A DNA stretch of 33,443 bases, from the IMG/VR virus record IMGVR_UViG_3300020045_015898, positions 64,001 to 97,443 of that record, one strand, 5' to 3'. Within the stretch, counting starts at the first letter, position 1, and every line of letters begins with the position of its first letter. Shown piece by piece: positions 17,810 through 26,663 of the stretch. The notes under the pieces were generated by a model, which was not told the origin of the DNA, did no database searches, and saw nothing but the letters and a program-made list of their open reading frames with translations. The translations under genes and the position numbers were made by a program. The DNA is from a virus. Lineage: Duplodnaviria; Heunggongvirae; Uroviricota; Caudoviricetes; Crassvirales.

Positions 17810-19081
17810 TTATGAGTATGTACTCTTGTTTTTGTTTTCATTTAAAGCTACATTATTCATCAGCCAAATTAAATCTTCTTCAGAATAGTTCTTAAGAAGT
17901 CTATTTTTTATAAAATTATTTTTTGATTTTTTAAGGTGTTCTTTTGTAAATTCTTCTTTTCTTGCATCGTAAACTCCATCTTGATTCATTAGAAATCTAA
18001 ATCCATTTAAGTCTGATTTATTTTCTTCTGGTCTTAAATCGTGATTAACTTTATACCCTCTTTTCTTTATTCTCTCTAGTTCTTCTGGAGAAATATAATC
18101 TTCTGGATTACTATATGTTCTTTGTCTTCTAAACAATTCATTAGCGTCTCTTTCGTTTAATTCTGATCCAGATAATTCTGCGTGACCATACTCGTGAGCT
18201 TTAACTCCTTCTCTAGAAATAAAAGCTTTATTTATTCTATCTGTTGCCTGATCGATAACTATTGAATTTGTTTCTGGCTGATATTGACTGCCTTCTGTTG
18301 AATATGGAGTAGAAGTAACTTTGTTTAATATCTTTTTCATTAATCCAGGAGATCCGTCTTGATAAATAACTTCAGAATCTTTAACTCTATCTAATCTACT
18401 TTTAATAACTTCTTCTGGTTTCTTGTATCCAGAGTTTGTTAATTTTTTCTTATATATTGGTGAGTTTATGTATTCTTCTGTAAACTGCTTTGAGTCTGTC
18501 TTACTTTTTTTTTTAGGTTGATCTTTTTCTTTTCCTCCTAAAGCAAATTCATTTCTAGCTTCAATAGCGTCTTTAAATAATCCGGTAGTGTCTATTCTAT
18601 TGCTGAATATGTAACCTCCATCATCAAATTCATATCTAGTCTCTCCTTCTTCTACTGAGTTTCTCTTACCATTTAAACCAATTCCTAATGGTATTCCTCC
18701 AAGTGAGTTTTGCTCATGGGTTCCTCCTCCTTTAAATTCAGTAAGTCTATTACTTGTTCCAGATGTTGATTCATCTCCTCCGTATGAAAGATGCGTTTCT
18801 TGTTCGGAATTAAATGAGTCCTCTTTTTCAATAAGAGAGTCAGTACTTAGTTGACTAATATTCATCTCTTCATCAAAATCATAATCATCTCTCCATGTCT
18901 TTCCGTCAAGTCTTTCTCCTTCAAGCTCTTCCTGAAGTTGCTTATTGTAAGCGTATTCTCTTTTGCTTACTTCTTCTAATTCAGGATGCTTATCTCTTAA
19001 GTCCCTATACAAAAAATCCCGAGGCTGAATTTCTTCTACCTCAGGTTTATTGATTTCAGGATTATCTAAATAATTTATCAT
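17810..19081 (-). CDS. Virion cargo protein: GGTHEQ...VEEGE...YIFSNR module plus HExxH zincin-like domain
   Basis: 423 aa. Acidic N-terminus, GGTHEQNSLGGIPLG, and KAHEYGHAE (HEYGH at 18182-18196) with downstream EENKSD as a candidate third ligand. Confidence 0.65.
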   Translation of the reverse strand: MINYLDNPEINKPEVEEIQPRDFLYRDLRDKHPELEEVSKREYAYNKQLQEELEGERLDGKTWRDDYDFDEEMNISQLSTDSLIEKEDSFNSEQETHLSYGGDESTSGTSNRLTEFKGGGTHEQNSLGGIPLGIGLNGKRNSVEEGETRYEFDDGGYIFSNRIDTTGLFKDAIEARNEFALGGKEKDQPKKKSKTDSKQFTEEYINSPIYKKKLTNSGYKKPEEVIKSRLDRVKDSEVIYQDGSPGLMKKILNKVTSTPYSTEGSQYQPETNSIVIDQATDRINKAFISREGVKAHEYGHAELSGSELNERDANELFRRQRTYSNPEDYISPEELERIKKRGYKVNHDLRPEENKSDLNGFRFLMNQDGVYDARKEEFTKEHLKKSKNNFIKNRLLKNYSEEDLIWLMNNVALNENKNKSTYS

Positions 19082-19101
19082 CTCTATTTTTGTTTATAAT
19101 A

Positions 19102-19109
19102 CAAATGTA
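19102..19109 (-). promoter_or_regulatory. Putative Bacteroidota-type -7 promoter element (TACATTTG)
   Basis: TAnnTTTG match 20 nt upstream of the 423-aa start, in the spacer after the muzzle gene. The nearest TTG is only 14 nt upstream. Confidence 0.4.
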
Positions 19110-19151
19110 TTAAGTTTTATTGACAATCTTGCTATTAACTATAACAACAAA

Positions 19152-22100
19152 TTAGTATTCTGTATAAGATAGGGTTACATCGTGAGCAACCATTTTGTAT
19201 CCATTAGGATTATTTAAGGTTAATTTTATGTAACTCCATGGATTTCTAATTCTATCTCTAGTTTTAACTGCTCCATTCATTGACCTAGGGAACGCTATAT
19301 TCCAACTTCTAAATCTTCTCTTAAGATTTGACCTTAAAACTAAATTAACGTCTCCTGTGTCTTGATATTCATTCCAAAGTCTTATAGAAGTAAAAGTATT
19401 ATTTGGTAAGTCTACCCCATTAGTAGTAGTCATTTCCATTTTATATTCAGCGTTGTTAAAAACAACATCTTTATCTACGCCAGGAGCTGCAAGAAAAGTT
19501 ATAGATGATTCATAGTTTGATCCATAAAAATTATTTCTCATTCCACTAAAATGTTGCCAACCAGAGTTTCTTCCTGGATTGGTAGTAATCATTCTTTGTC
19601 CTTTATTGATGTAAATAGCTGGTTTATAATCATAAAAACTAGTGAATGCCTTTTTACTTTCATTATAAGCTATTGTATAAGAAGGTATTGACTGTAAGAA
19701 TGTCATGTATATCTCATTGTCAATGTTATTGTACCCAATAGAAACGCCTCTTCCAATCAAAGGATTATCCTGAGCCAAGTCTTCAAGTTTTGTATTGTTA
19801 GTCATAAAACTGTGTAATCCTGCAGCTTCCGATAAACTTACAACTCCTTGCCCAACTTGACCAATAGATCTATTTATTACATCGTAGTAATAAATTCCAT
19901 TAGAGGTTGATCCTACTGACCATTTATTCTTTGTTCCTGATTCAGTCGAAAGATAAGTATGGTTGTTTAATACCGAGCCTGTTCCAATTTGTATTGCCAG
20001 TCCATCGCTAGCAGTTGTTTGGACTCTTGGTTCAATTGATATCTTTGCTATTGCTGTATCTTGGAAAGTAAATATTTCATCTTCTAATTTAGCAACACCA
20101 TTGATTGGTCCGTATCTTCCGTCAAGAGTTCTGGTTTCATTCTCTAAAAAGTTTGTCCAATTGTCTATGAATTCACCGGCAATCTTTTTACTTGAAGACA
20201 CAATCTTAGTATCGAACTCATTTATTGCTTTAAACTTAAATCCAGTTCCTGTTGTTTGTACTAAAGTAGGCTCTTGAGAATAAACTCTATTGTAGTTATG
20301 ATATTCAATTTCTTTTGGTTGATATCTGTTATCCCAGTCATTTATTGAAATATCATTTCTTTGTCTAAGATTAACTGTAGTTTCTACTGGTATTGATATA
20401 ATCTCTGTCACTTGCAAGTAATCTTGATTAGATAACTCAGTATTTGTCTTTGTCATTTTAGCAAATTTAAAATCCCCTAAAAATGTATCTCCAGGAGAAT
20501 GAATAGTTAATACGTTAGAATTAATTTCTTTGTATTCTCCAATTCCCATGTAGCTACTTCTTGACTTTGCTTCCATACTGTTACCTCCGTAAATTCCTCC
20601 AAGATAAGCATGATTTATATCGTGAGTAAATTCAACTATCATTCCGGAATTATTACCGGTCCCAAGTTGATATGTAGGTCCAGGTTGTCCCGATCCTCCT
20701 GTTACTTCATGAAATTTAGCGTCAGTAAATATATTTTCTAAAGATTTTCTAGAAGATATTGGAGTTGATGACGAGTTGTCTCCTTCCATTAACGTGACGC
20801 ATTTTGCTCCAAAACTGTTAGTTCCTAATACTTGGCAAGCAGCGTTATTTCCAGTGTCGTCTTCATCCCAATTATCTATAAGCATTGCTCTTAATGAGTT
20901 AGCATATCTAAACAAAGAATCTCCATTGTATGCTTTGGAGTCTTGACCTATTTCTGTTACTTCTGGAGTTCCATATATGTTTGCAGTTTTTATTCCATTT
21001 AAAGGCGTAGCTATAAACCCGTTTTTAAATTCTCTAAAAAATTGAAAAACACCTGTACTATTATCTGAGTTTGTTGGACCAAAAATACTTCTGTCTGCTA
21101 TTCCTGAAGCACTACCAGTTATAGGATTAACAGTAACTCCTGGAGAGTCAGATGTAAATCCATTTATGAATTTTGCCTCAAGTTCATTTATTTTAGATAT
21201 TGGTTGATACTCTGTTGCCCAGTTATTTTTTCTACTTTCTTGTTGTATACCCACAACGCTAAGCATTGTTGAAGCATTAAATACCGGATTACCAAAAGTA
21301 ACTTCAGGAGAAAATACTTGCATCATTTTATTGAATTGAATATTTTGAGCTCTCCACTGTCCAGATGGAGCAGCTTTAAATCCTTCTCTGTTTCTTCCGT
21401 TCCCTAAAGAACCAAAACCATTGTTTGCGTAATCCTGATAAGCTAATTCGTGATAGTCATTTGCTCCAACAAAAGGAATTTGATTTTTAATCAATGGCCT
21501 TTGTAATGACGGCATTTTTAAAGCGTCAGAATCATTTGCTAAATTAGCAAGAATAGTCTTGTTTGTTTCTTTTCCTGATTTTTTAAGATTTGCAATCATT
21601 GAATTTATCAATCCTTGACAAATTATAGTTTTATCAGATTCTGTTCTATTAGATCTTAATATTCTATATCCTATTGGTTTTTCGTCGTTATCAGGTAGAG
21701 AGTTTAACCAAGTGTAAAAATCTGGTTTTAATAACACTCCAAGAGTATTAGCTAATCCATTTAAGTTTCCATCCGGAGCTTTTAAATCTGATATCCACTT
21801 AGGAAAACTATACTGTCCTTTTGCATTATAAAACTCAATTGCGAATCTATATATTTCTCTACTTTTAAGAAATTTTCCAGGAGCTATATCTTCAATAGGC
21901 ACAGGTCCGTTAGCGTGATTAACATAAAGAGTTATGTATTTTCCTTCAACTCCAGGCAACGATCCGTTTTTGATATACTTATATGTATTATAGTCTCTGT
22001 TTATTGAGTCATGCTTCAAATCTAAAGCATAAGTTGTAGTATTTAAAAGTATAGTATTTGCCGGTGTATTAGTAGTTACTCCTCCTGATCCATCAGAAAC

Positions 22101-23294
22101 AACATCACTCCACACTTCAGCCTGTCCTGATGAATTGTGAGCGTAAGCTCTCATGTCTATATCTATATCGAATTTAAGTTCTTTTACATTAAATAAAAAT
22201 AATCTTAAGTTTTTAGATTCTATGTGTTTTGGTATAGAAACGTTACTTCCAAGAAATAAAAATTCTGCTAACGAAACTGATTGTACTGACGTTCCTGGAT
22301 CACTAAATTGAGTTTCTGTATAATTACTTATTAAACTATCTGACACTATCGATATTGATGGAGCCTGATTGTATGATGTATACTTAATTGCGTAAATCTT
22401 TATGTGCGTATAATTAGTATCTATGTTTTTAATACTTATCGTTGGCATTGACGCTACTACTTCATTTAAGTCTCCTCCTCCTGTAGATTTACCTAAGTCT
22501 ATCATTTCAGATAAAGGAGATATTGCTGTTTGAGATCCATTTACTCTATACAAATTATAAGCATACTGAATTACTCCGGCAGTGTGGCTCCCTCCAGAGG
22601 TCAGCGCAACAAGCGTTGGCTGGGAAGTTATAAATCTACCAACAGTGTCTATTACTGAAACACTCATGTCTATCAATTCTTCTAAATCTTTATTTGCAAT
22701 TGATTGCTTTAAGTTTAAAAATCTTAATTGACTTCTTCCGTCAACCCAATATACTTTTTCTATAATTGAATTTTCATAGTTGTATATTGATTGTATTGGA
22801 TGATTAGACGAGAATTGCATATCGCGCATGTATTTCAGTCTAACAACAATAGGAAGGTTTGTTGATATGTTTTCAATTTCCCAGATACAATCAAATCCCG
22901 CATCATCAGTAGTAAACAAAATTACATTATCTCTTGAATAAGCTTTTCCTATAATAACTTGAGTTCCAGATACTTTTGAAGTTTGGTTTGGATTTGTGTA
23001 TGTTACTTCTATTTCTGAACGAGGAATAACTAATCCGGAGGTAGTATAAGGAAGATTCATGGCGATGTTATCCATTCCAGTATAATTTATCCTTCTGTTT
23101 ACTAAATCTATCACGGGAATTGGAACAGTAAATAGCTGCGAATTCCCGTGCTCATTAGTTACAGAGAATGTACTTTGTTGGTCAGTTGCTATAATCCTAA
23201 TATTCTTCGCGTCGAAATACATCTGGCCAGGGAATTTACTTTTAGATAAATCCTTGACCATTCCTTCCGGGCTTAATTTTAATTGCTTCATCAT
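19152..23294 (-). CDS. Tail muzzle/nozzle (stabilisation) protein
   Basis: 1380 aa, beta-rich. KVYWVDG, YQYAY-like VIQYAYNLY, WTNFLENE...LDGRYGPI and AFTSFYDYKP segments are typical of podovirus nozzle/crAss muzzle proteins; follows a ring gene. Confidence 0.8.
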   Translation of the reverse strand: MMKQLKLSPEGMVKDLSKSKFPGQMYFDAKNIRIIATDQQSTFSVTNEHGNSQLFTVPIPVIDLVNRRINYTGMDNIAMNLPYTTSGLVIPRSEIEVTYTNPNQTSKVSGTQVIIGKAYSRDNVILFTTDDAGFDCIWEIENISTNLPIVVRLKYMRDMQFSSNHPIQSIYNYENSIIEKVYWVDGRSQLRFLNLKQSIANKDLEELIDMSVSVIDTVGRFITSQPTLVALTSGGSHTAGVIQYAYNLYRVNGSQTAISPLSEMIDLGKSTGGGDLNEVVASMPTISIKNIDTNYTHIKIYAIKYTSYNQAPSISIVSDSLISNYTETQFSDPGTSVQSVSLAEFLFLGSNVSIPKHIESKNLRLFLFNVKELKFDIDIDMRAYAHNSSGQAEVWSDVVSDGSGGVTTNTPANTILLNTTTYALDLKHDSINRDYNTYKYIKNGSLPGVEGKYITLYVNHANGPVPIEDIAPGKFLKSREIYRFAIEFYNAKGQYSFPKWISDLKAPDGNLNGLANTLGVLLKPDFYTWLNSLPDNDEKPIGYRILRSNRTESDKTIICQGLINSMIANLKKSGKETNKTILANLANDSDALKMPSLQRPLIKNQIPFVGANDYHELAYQDYANNGFGSLGNGRNREGFKAAPSGQWRAQNIQFNKMMQVFSPEVTFGNPVFNASTMLSVVGIQQESRKNNWATEYQPISKINELEAKFINGFTSDSPGVTVNPITGSASGIADRSIFGPTNSDNSTGVFQFFREFKNGFIATPLNGIKTANIYGTPEVTEIGQDSKAYNGDSLFRYANSLRAMLIDNWDEDDTGNNAACQVLGTNSFGAKCVTLMEGDNSSSTPISSRKSLENIFTDAKFHEVTGGSGQPGPTYQLGTGNNSGMIVEFTHDINHAYLGGIYGGNSMEAKSRSSYMGIGEYKEINSNVLTIHSPGDTFLGDFKFAKMTKTNTELSNQDYLQVTEIISIPVETTVNLRQRNDISINDWDNRYQPKEIEYHNYNRVYSQEPTLVQTTGTGFKFKAINEFDTKIVSSSKKIAGEFIDNWTNFLENETRTLDGRYGPINGVAKLEDEIFTFQDTAIAKISIEPRVQTTASDGLAIQIGTGSVLNNHTYLSTESGTKNKWSVGSTSNGIYYYDVINRSIGQVGQGVVSLSEAAGLHSFMTNNTKLEDLAQDNPLIGRGVSIGYNNIDNEIYMTFLQSIPSYTIAYNESKKAFTSFYDYKPAIYINKGQRMITTNPGRNSGWQHFSGMRNNFYGSNYESSITFLAAPGVDKDVVFNNAEYKMEMTTTNGVDLPNNTFTSIRLWNEYQDTGDVNLVLRSNLKRRFRSWNIAFPRSMNGAVKTRDRIRNPWSYIKLTLNNPNGYKMVAHDVTLSYTEY

Positions 23295-23298
23295 AGTA

Positions 23299-24006
23299 TT
23301 AATGTATTTTCATGAATTCTCTTGATCCTAAATACTTCATTCTTTCATTGAATTGATTTGTATTAGGTAATATTTGTCGTATGCTATTTGTGAATGCTTC
23401 CATTTCAGCTTCATCTGGCATTATTAAATCAGATTGAGCTTGACCTACATTAAAGCAATAATCAACTTCAGCTTTATTTAATTTCTTATCTGATACTTTA
23501 TCCATGTCGTTTAGTATATCAAACCACCTGTATTTTATGTAGCTCTCAATACATCTAATAAGCTTTATGTTATCTGGAATCATTGGATAACAATCTTCAT
23601 CGATAGCGATTGCTTTGTATGCTATTGCCAATTCTCCGCTTTCCATGTTTGTATTAATCTTTGAATTAGACAAACTATATGTGATTGAAGAATTATTTGT
23701 TTCCGACAATTCCACTTTGTCGTAATGGTCGTGTATAATGTCTGTGCCTTTATTTAGCGGGACCAGAGTTCCTCCTTTGTTGTAGTAAACCTGTTCTGTG
23801 TAAATTAAATCAATTGGCAGGTCTCCTTTGAATTGTTTAATTACAATCTTCTCCATTTTAGTTGTATAAATTGGAGGCATGTTTACTAGCCTCAAGCATT
23901 CAACAGTTTTATCTATAATGAATTCGAAGTTAAGATCTTTCATTATTGGATTCATCATTAATCTATCTGCAATAGATTTAATGGAAATAAAATGTCCTGA
24001 TATCAT
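23299..24006 (-). CDS. Tail ring (tubular/adaptor) protein
   Basis: 235 aa. ELAIAYKAIAIDEDCYPMIPDN...IESYIK is a typical crAss ring-protein pattern; directly precedes the muzzle. Confidence 0.7.
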   Translation of the reverse strand: MISGHFISIKSIADRLMMNPIMKDLNFEFIIDKTVECLRLVNMPPIYTTKMEKIVIKQFKGDLPIDLIYTEQVYYNKGGTLVPLNKGTDIIHDHYDKVELSETNNSSITYSLSNSKINTNMESGELAIAYKAIAIDEDCYPMIPDNIKLIRCIESYIKYRWFDILNDMDKVSDKKLNKAEVDYCFNVGQAQSDLIMPDEAEMEAFTNSIRQILPNTNQFNERMKYLGSREFMKIH

Positions 24007-24008
24007 AG

Positions 24009-24548
24009 TTAATATTCGTTTACAAAAGCATCTATCTTTCCTTTAAATATGGATTGAGATAAGTCTCTTTTAAGTTGTCTGTTAAATTTTATCGTATACA
24101 AGCTCTTGTTTTTAAAGTCAGCTTTAGACTTAAGATAAGTTATCTTAAATGTGTGACTGTCTGTGTGTTCATTAGTGAATCTGATTTTAATCTTTTTCTC
24201 TTCTGCAGCTTTGTTTTCTAACCAAAGTTTCCTGGTTTCTTTCCAGTTGACTGGTAGATTGTTTATTATATTTCCGGCAGCGTCTATCTTTACTTCAGTT
24301 TTAGATTTGCGCAGCTCAGCTCTTCCCATCTTATTTGGAAATAAGATATCTTTTCCTTTCATTGAAAGACCATCGCGTAAGAACGCGTTGTATTCTTTTA
24401 TTATTTCTCCGTAGACCTTCCTGCTGATTTTAGAGTCTTTATTATTAAGTTTAAATGATCTGTAATAATCATTTACTCCGTAGTCAGCAGTTGCTCTATG
24501 TATTCTATTTTTCTTCTCTATCGTCTGTTGAATCATTTTTCTCGTCAT
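24009..24548 (-). CDS. IHF/HU-like basic DNA-binding protein of the crAss tail module
   Basis: 179 aa, very basic. YGEIIKEYN...ILFPNKMGRAELRK matches the HU/IHF helix-plus-arm pattern; position between ring genes is conserved in crAss-like phages. Confidence 0.65.
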   Translation of the reverse strand: MTRKMIQQTIEKKNRIHRATADYGVNDYYRSFKLNNKDSKISRKVYGEIIKEYNAFLRDGLSMKGKDILFPNKMGRAELRKSKTEVKIDAAGNIINNLPVNWKETRKLWLENKAAEEKKIKIRFTNEHTDSHTFKITYLKSKADFKNKSLYTIKFNRQLKRDLSQSIFKGKIDAFVNEY

Positions 24549-25176
24549 TAGGTATTTGCAAAGGTACCATTAAATCTTTAACAATCAAAGATACTATATC
24601 GTTAATCATATAACCTTCTAGCGGATACTCGTTATCTAATTCTTCACATGTAGAGAAGCATGACATTTCATTGGCTTTAGCAGGAGATTCAAATACACCT
24701 CTTGCTATAACTTTACTCATCATCATAAAGTTTACTCTTTTTGAATAGAAGTAAATTCTTCCATCTGCATTTATTGCAGTATATATTTGATTGTTCAAGT
24801 ACTTGTTGTGACCTAGGAATGGAAATCTCTCCATTGCAACGGAATTAAATCCGGTCGTAAAGTTGTCTATACTTCTTACTGTAATCAAATCTTCTCTTCC
24901 TGAAATATTAATTACAGTTGGTATGACTTGCTTAGTTCTAAGTACGTGTCCAAATAATGGAGATCCAGTTACAGCATCTACAACTTCTAAGTCGAGACAA
25001 ATTTCCGATAGACACGCTACCGGAATTGATTTGGTTATGTTGCTGAATGTTTGCTTTATAAGCACAATTCTTTTTACGTCTATAAGGTGAGCAAGATACT
25101 CATTAGTAAAGATGTCGTCATCTGTAGTAACTTGTAATTTCTCCTTTATATCGTAAATTATTTCTAGTTTAGTCAT
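24505..25176 (-). CDS. Tail ring protein (true start likely MTKLEIIYDIKEKL at 25176, 223 aa)
   Basis: The ORF-track start at 25410 lies inside the phosphoesterase gene. ATG at 25176 overlaps the phosphoesterase stop (ATGACTAA). C-terminal YPLEGYMINDIV...PNDEKND is ring-like. Confidence 0.7.
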   Translation of the reverse strand: MTKLEIIYDIKEKLQVTTDDDIFTNEYLAHLIDVKRIVLIKQTFSNITKSIPVACLSEICLDLEVVDAVTGSPLFGHVLRTKQVIPTVINISGREDLITVRSIDNFTTGFNSVAMERFPFLGHNKYLNNQIYTAINADGRIYFYSKRVNFMMMSKVIARGVFESPAKANEMSCFSTCEELDNEYPLEGYMINDIVSLIVKDLMVPLQIPNDEKNDSTDDREEK

Positions 25177-26182
25177 TTTTGTATAATTTATTATTAAACA
25201 ATAATCCTTCGTTGTAAGGTATTGCTGTAACTCTTGAGATATTATCTGCTCCAAGTTTAATAACAGCAAGACCATTTGTCCAAGCTTCTTTCTGGAATCC
25301 TGACATGTAGTTAAATACAGGCGCGGTTCTATCTCCTCCAAATCCACAATTATAAGAAGACAATCCACCTTCAAGGTGAGTGTTAAATCTATGTGTATGA
25401 AAGAAAACAACGTTACGTCTAAGTGTCGTTAAGTGTTTATGCGCGGAGTGAGTATTACACCACATACCATGCATAACTTCAGTGTCACCTATAATTACTT
25501 TTGCATTTCTCCAGTCTTTTTGGAAGTTGTAACCTCTTCCTTCAAAGCACGCATGATAAGGACTTAATGATGGTTGATGTCCTAGTTTGGAATTGTCAGC
25601 TTGTTTTGTGTATTGTAAATACCAGTCTTCATGGTTACCATAAAAATACTCCTTTTCTACCTTTCGAGTTCCAATAGCTTCGTCGATTCTATCTAAATAT
25701 TCATTTGCTTCTTTGTATTCTCTAGCTAAATCATAACCAAGCACCGGCATTAATCCTTTGGCATGTCTTGAAATTGAAGACATATCTAAAATATCTCCAG
25801 CTAATACTATTCCTTTTAAGTCCGGGCAATCTTTTATTAATTTTATTACAGAAGCAAAAAAGTCTTCATTAACCCATGGTAAATGCAAACATCCTAATAC
25901 AATATAATTTCCTGCTGCATATTTTTTTTCTAAATACTTGGGCAATGATGGAGCATTTTTTGCTTGATTTACTAAATCAAGAGCTTTATCATACTCCCCT
26001 TTCTTCATTAATTCTGACAACTCATCAATTTCACTTACTGAAGTTTTTGATCTTAATTCCTTTAATACTGTAGCGCAGTCGTTAACATTTTCAATACCTA
26101 ATGCTTTTGCTAAAGCGTATTTACCAAATTTTTTATAACCAGGCTTCTGTTCTAAAAATAATTTAATTTCACTTTTATTCAT
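25169..26182 (-). CDS. Calcineurin-like metallophosphoesterase
   Basis: 337 aa with motifs LGCLH, AGDILD, GNHED, MHG and FHTH in canonical order. Confidence 0.85.
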   Translation of the reverse strand: MNKSEIKLFLEQKPGYKKFGKYALAKALGIENVNDCATVLKELRSKTSVSEIDELSELMKKGEYDKALDLVNQAKNAPSLPKYLEKKYAAGNYIVLGCLHLPWVNEDFFASVIKLIKDCPDLKGIVLAGDILDMSSISRHAKGLMPVLGYDLAREYKEANEYLDRIDEAIGTRKVEKEYFYGNHEDWYLQYTKQADNSKLGHQPSLSPYHACFEGRGYNFQKDWRNAKVIIGDTEVMHGMWCNTHSAHKHLTTLRRNVVFFHTHRFNTHLEGGLSSYNCGFGGDRTAPVFNYMSGFQKEAWTNGLAVIKLGADNISRVTAIPYNEGLLFNNKLYKND

Positions 26183-26205
26183 TTTGTTTTTATTTTATGT
26201 TATTG

Positions 26206-26234
26206 CAAAAATAGGGATAAATTATTTAATACAA
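26206..26234 (-). promoter_or_regulatory. Bacteroidota/Flavobacterium sigma-type promoter TTG-N18-TATTTTTG
   Basis: TTG at 26232-26234, 18-nt spacer, TATTTTTG(CA) at 26206-26213, about 23 nt upstream of the phosphoesterase ATG. Confidence 0.6.
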
Positions 26235-26245
26235 TTTATCCCTAT
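26211..26245 (-). terminator. 13-bp inverted repeat (terminator or operator) after the fibre genes
   Basis: ATAGGGATAAATT (26211-26223) / AATTTATCCCTAT (26233-26245), 9-nt loop, followed by a T-run on the minus strand. Confidence 0.6.
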
Positions 26246-26274
26246 AATGATTTAATTATTAGTCTATTTTTATG

Positions 26275-26661
26275 CTAAACTATATTTATTGAATCTATAT
26301 TATTGTCATGACTTATTATATTTTGATAACATATTGCAGCTGTTATTTCTGAAGGAAAGCTTGGAGCTCCAGCTCCACATCCTACACTATCTCCAAGAAC
26401 TTGTCCTGCTAAAATTGTTACATAAGTAAAAACAGAACCTGAATTACCAATACAATCTCCATTTAAATTATAAAAAGTTTCTACAATAAATTCAGTATTA
26501 ACGGTAACTGGTGATGATAATAATATCGAAGACACTACAATTTTAGTATCGTCTCCGGGACCACATTGATCTACAGTTGAACTTAAGTTTGTTACATTGA
26601 TTATATTTTCTTGAACATCATCAATAACCGTTCTGTATATGTTTCTTTTAAAGATATTCAT
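26275..26661 (-). CDS. Small beta-rich putative virion/fibre-associated protein
   Basis: 128 aa, four Cys, tightly packed after the 402-aa fibre gene; no family recognised. Confidence 0.5.
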   Translation of the reverse strand: MNIFKRNIYRTVIDDVQENIINVTNLSSTVDQCGPGDDTKIVVSSILLSSPVTVNTEFIVETFYNLNGDCIGNSGSVFTYVTILAGQVLGDSVGCGAGAPSFPSEITAAICYQNIISHDNNIDSINIV

Positions 26662-26663
26662 AA

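Noticed and set aside
19120-19145. Plus-strand TTGACA...TATAAC resembling a sigma70 promoter
   Set aside because: The spacer is only 14 nt and the host appears to use Bacteroidota-type promoters. It would point antisense into the muzzle gene with no ORF to drive.
25177-25410. 78-codon N-terminal extension of the ring ORF in the ORF track
   Set aside because: It lies inside the phosphoesterase gene in another frame; the ATG at 25176 overlapping the upstream stop is the better start.
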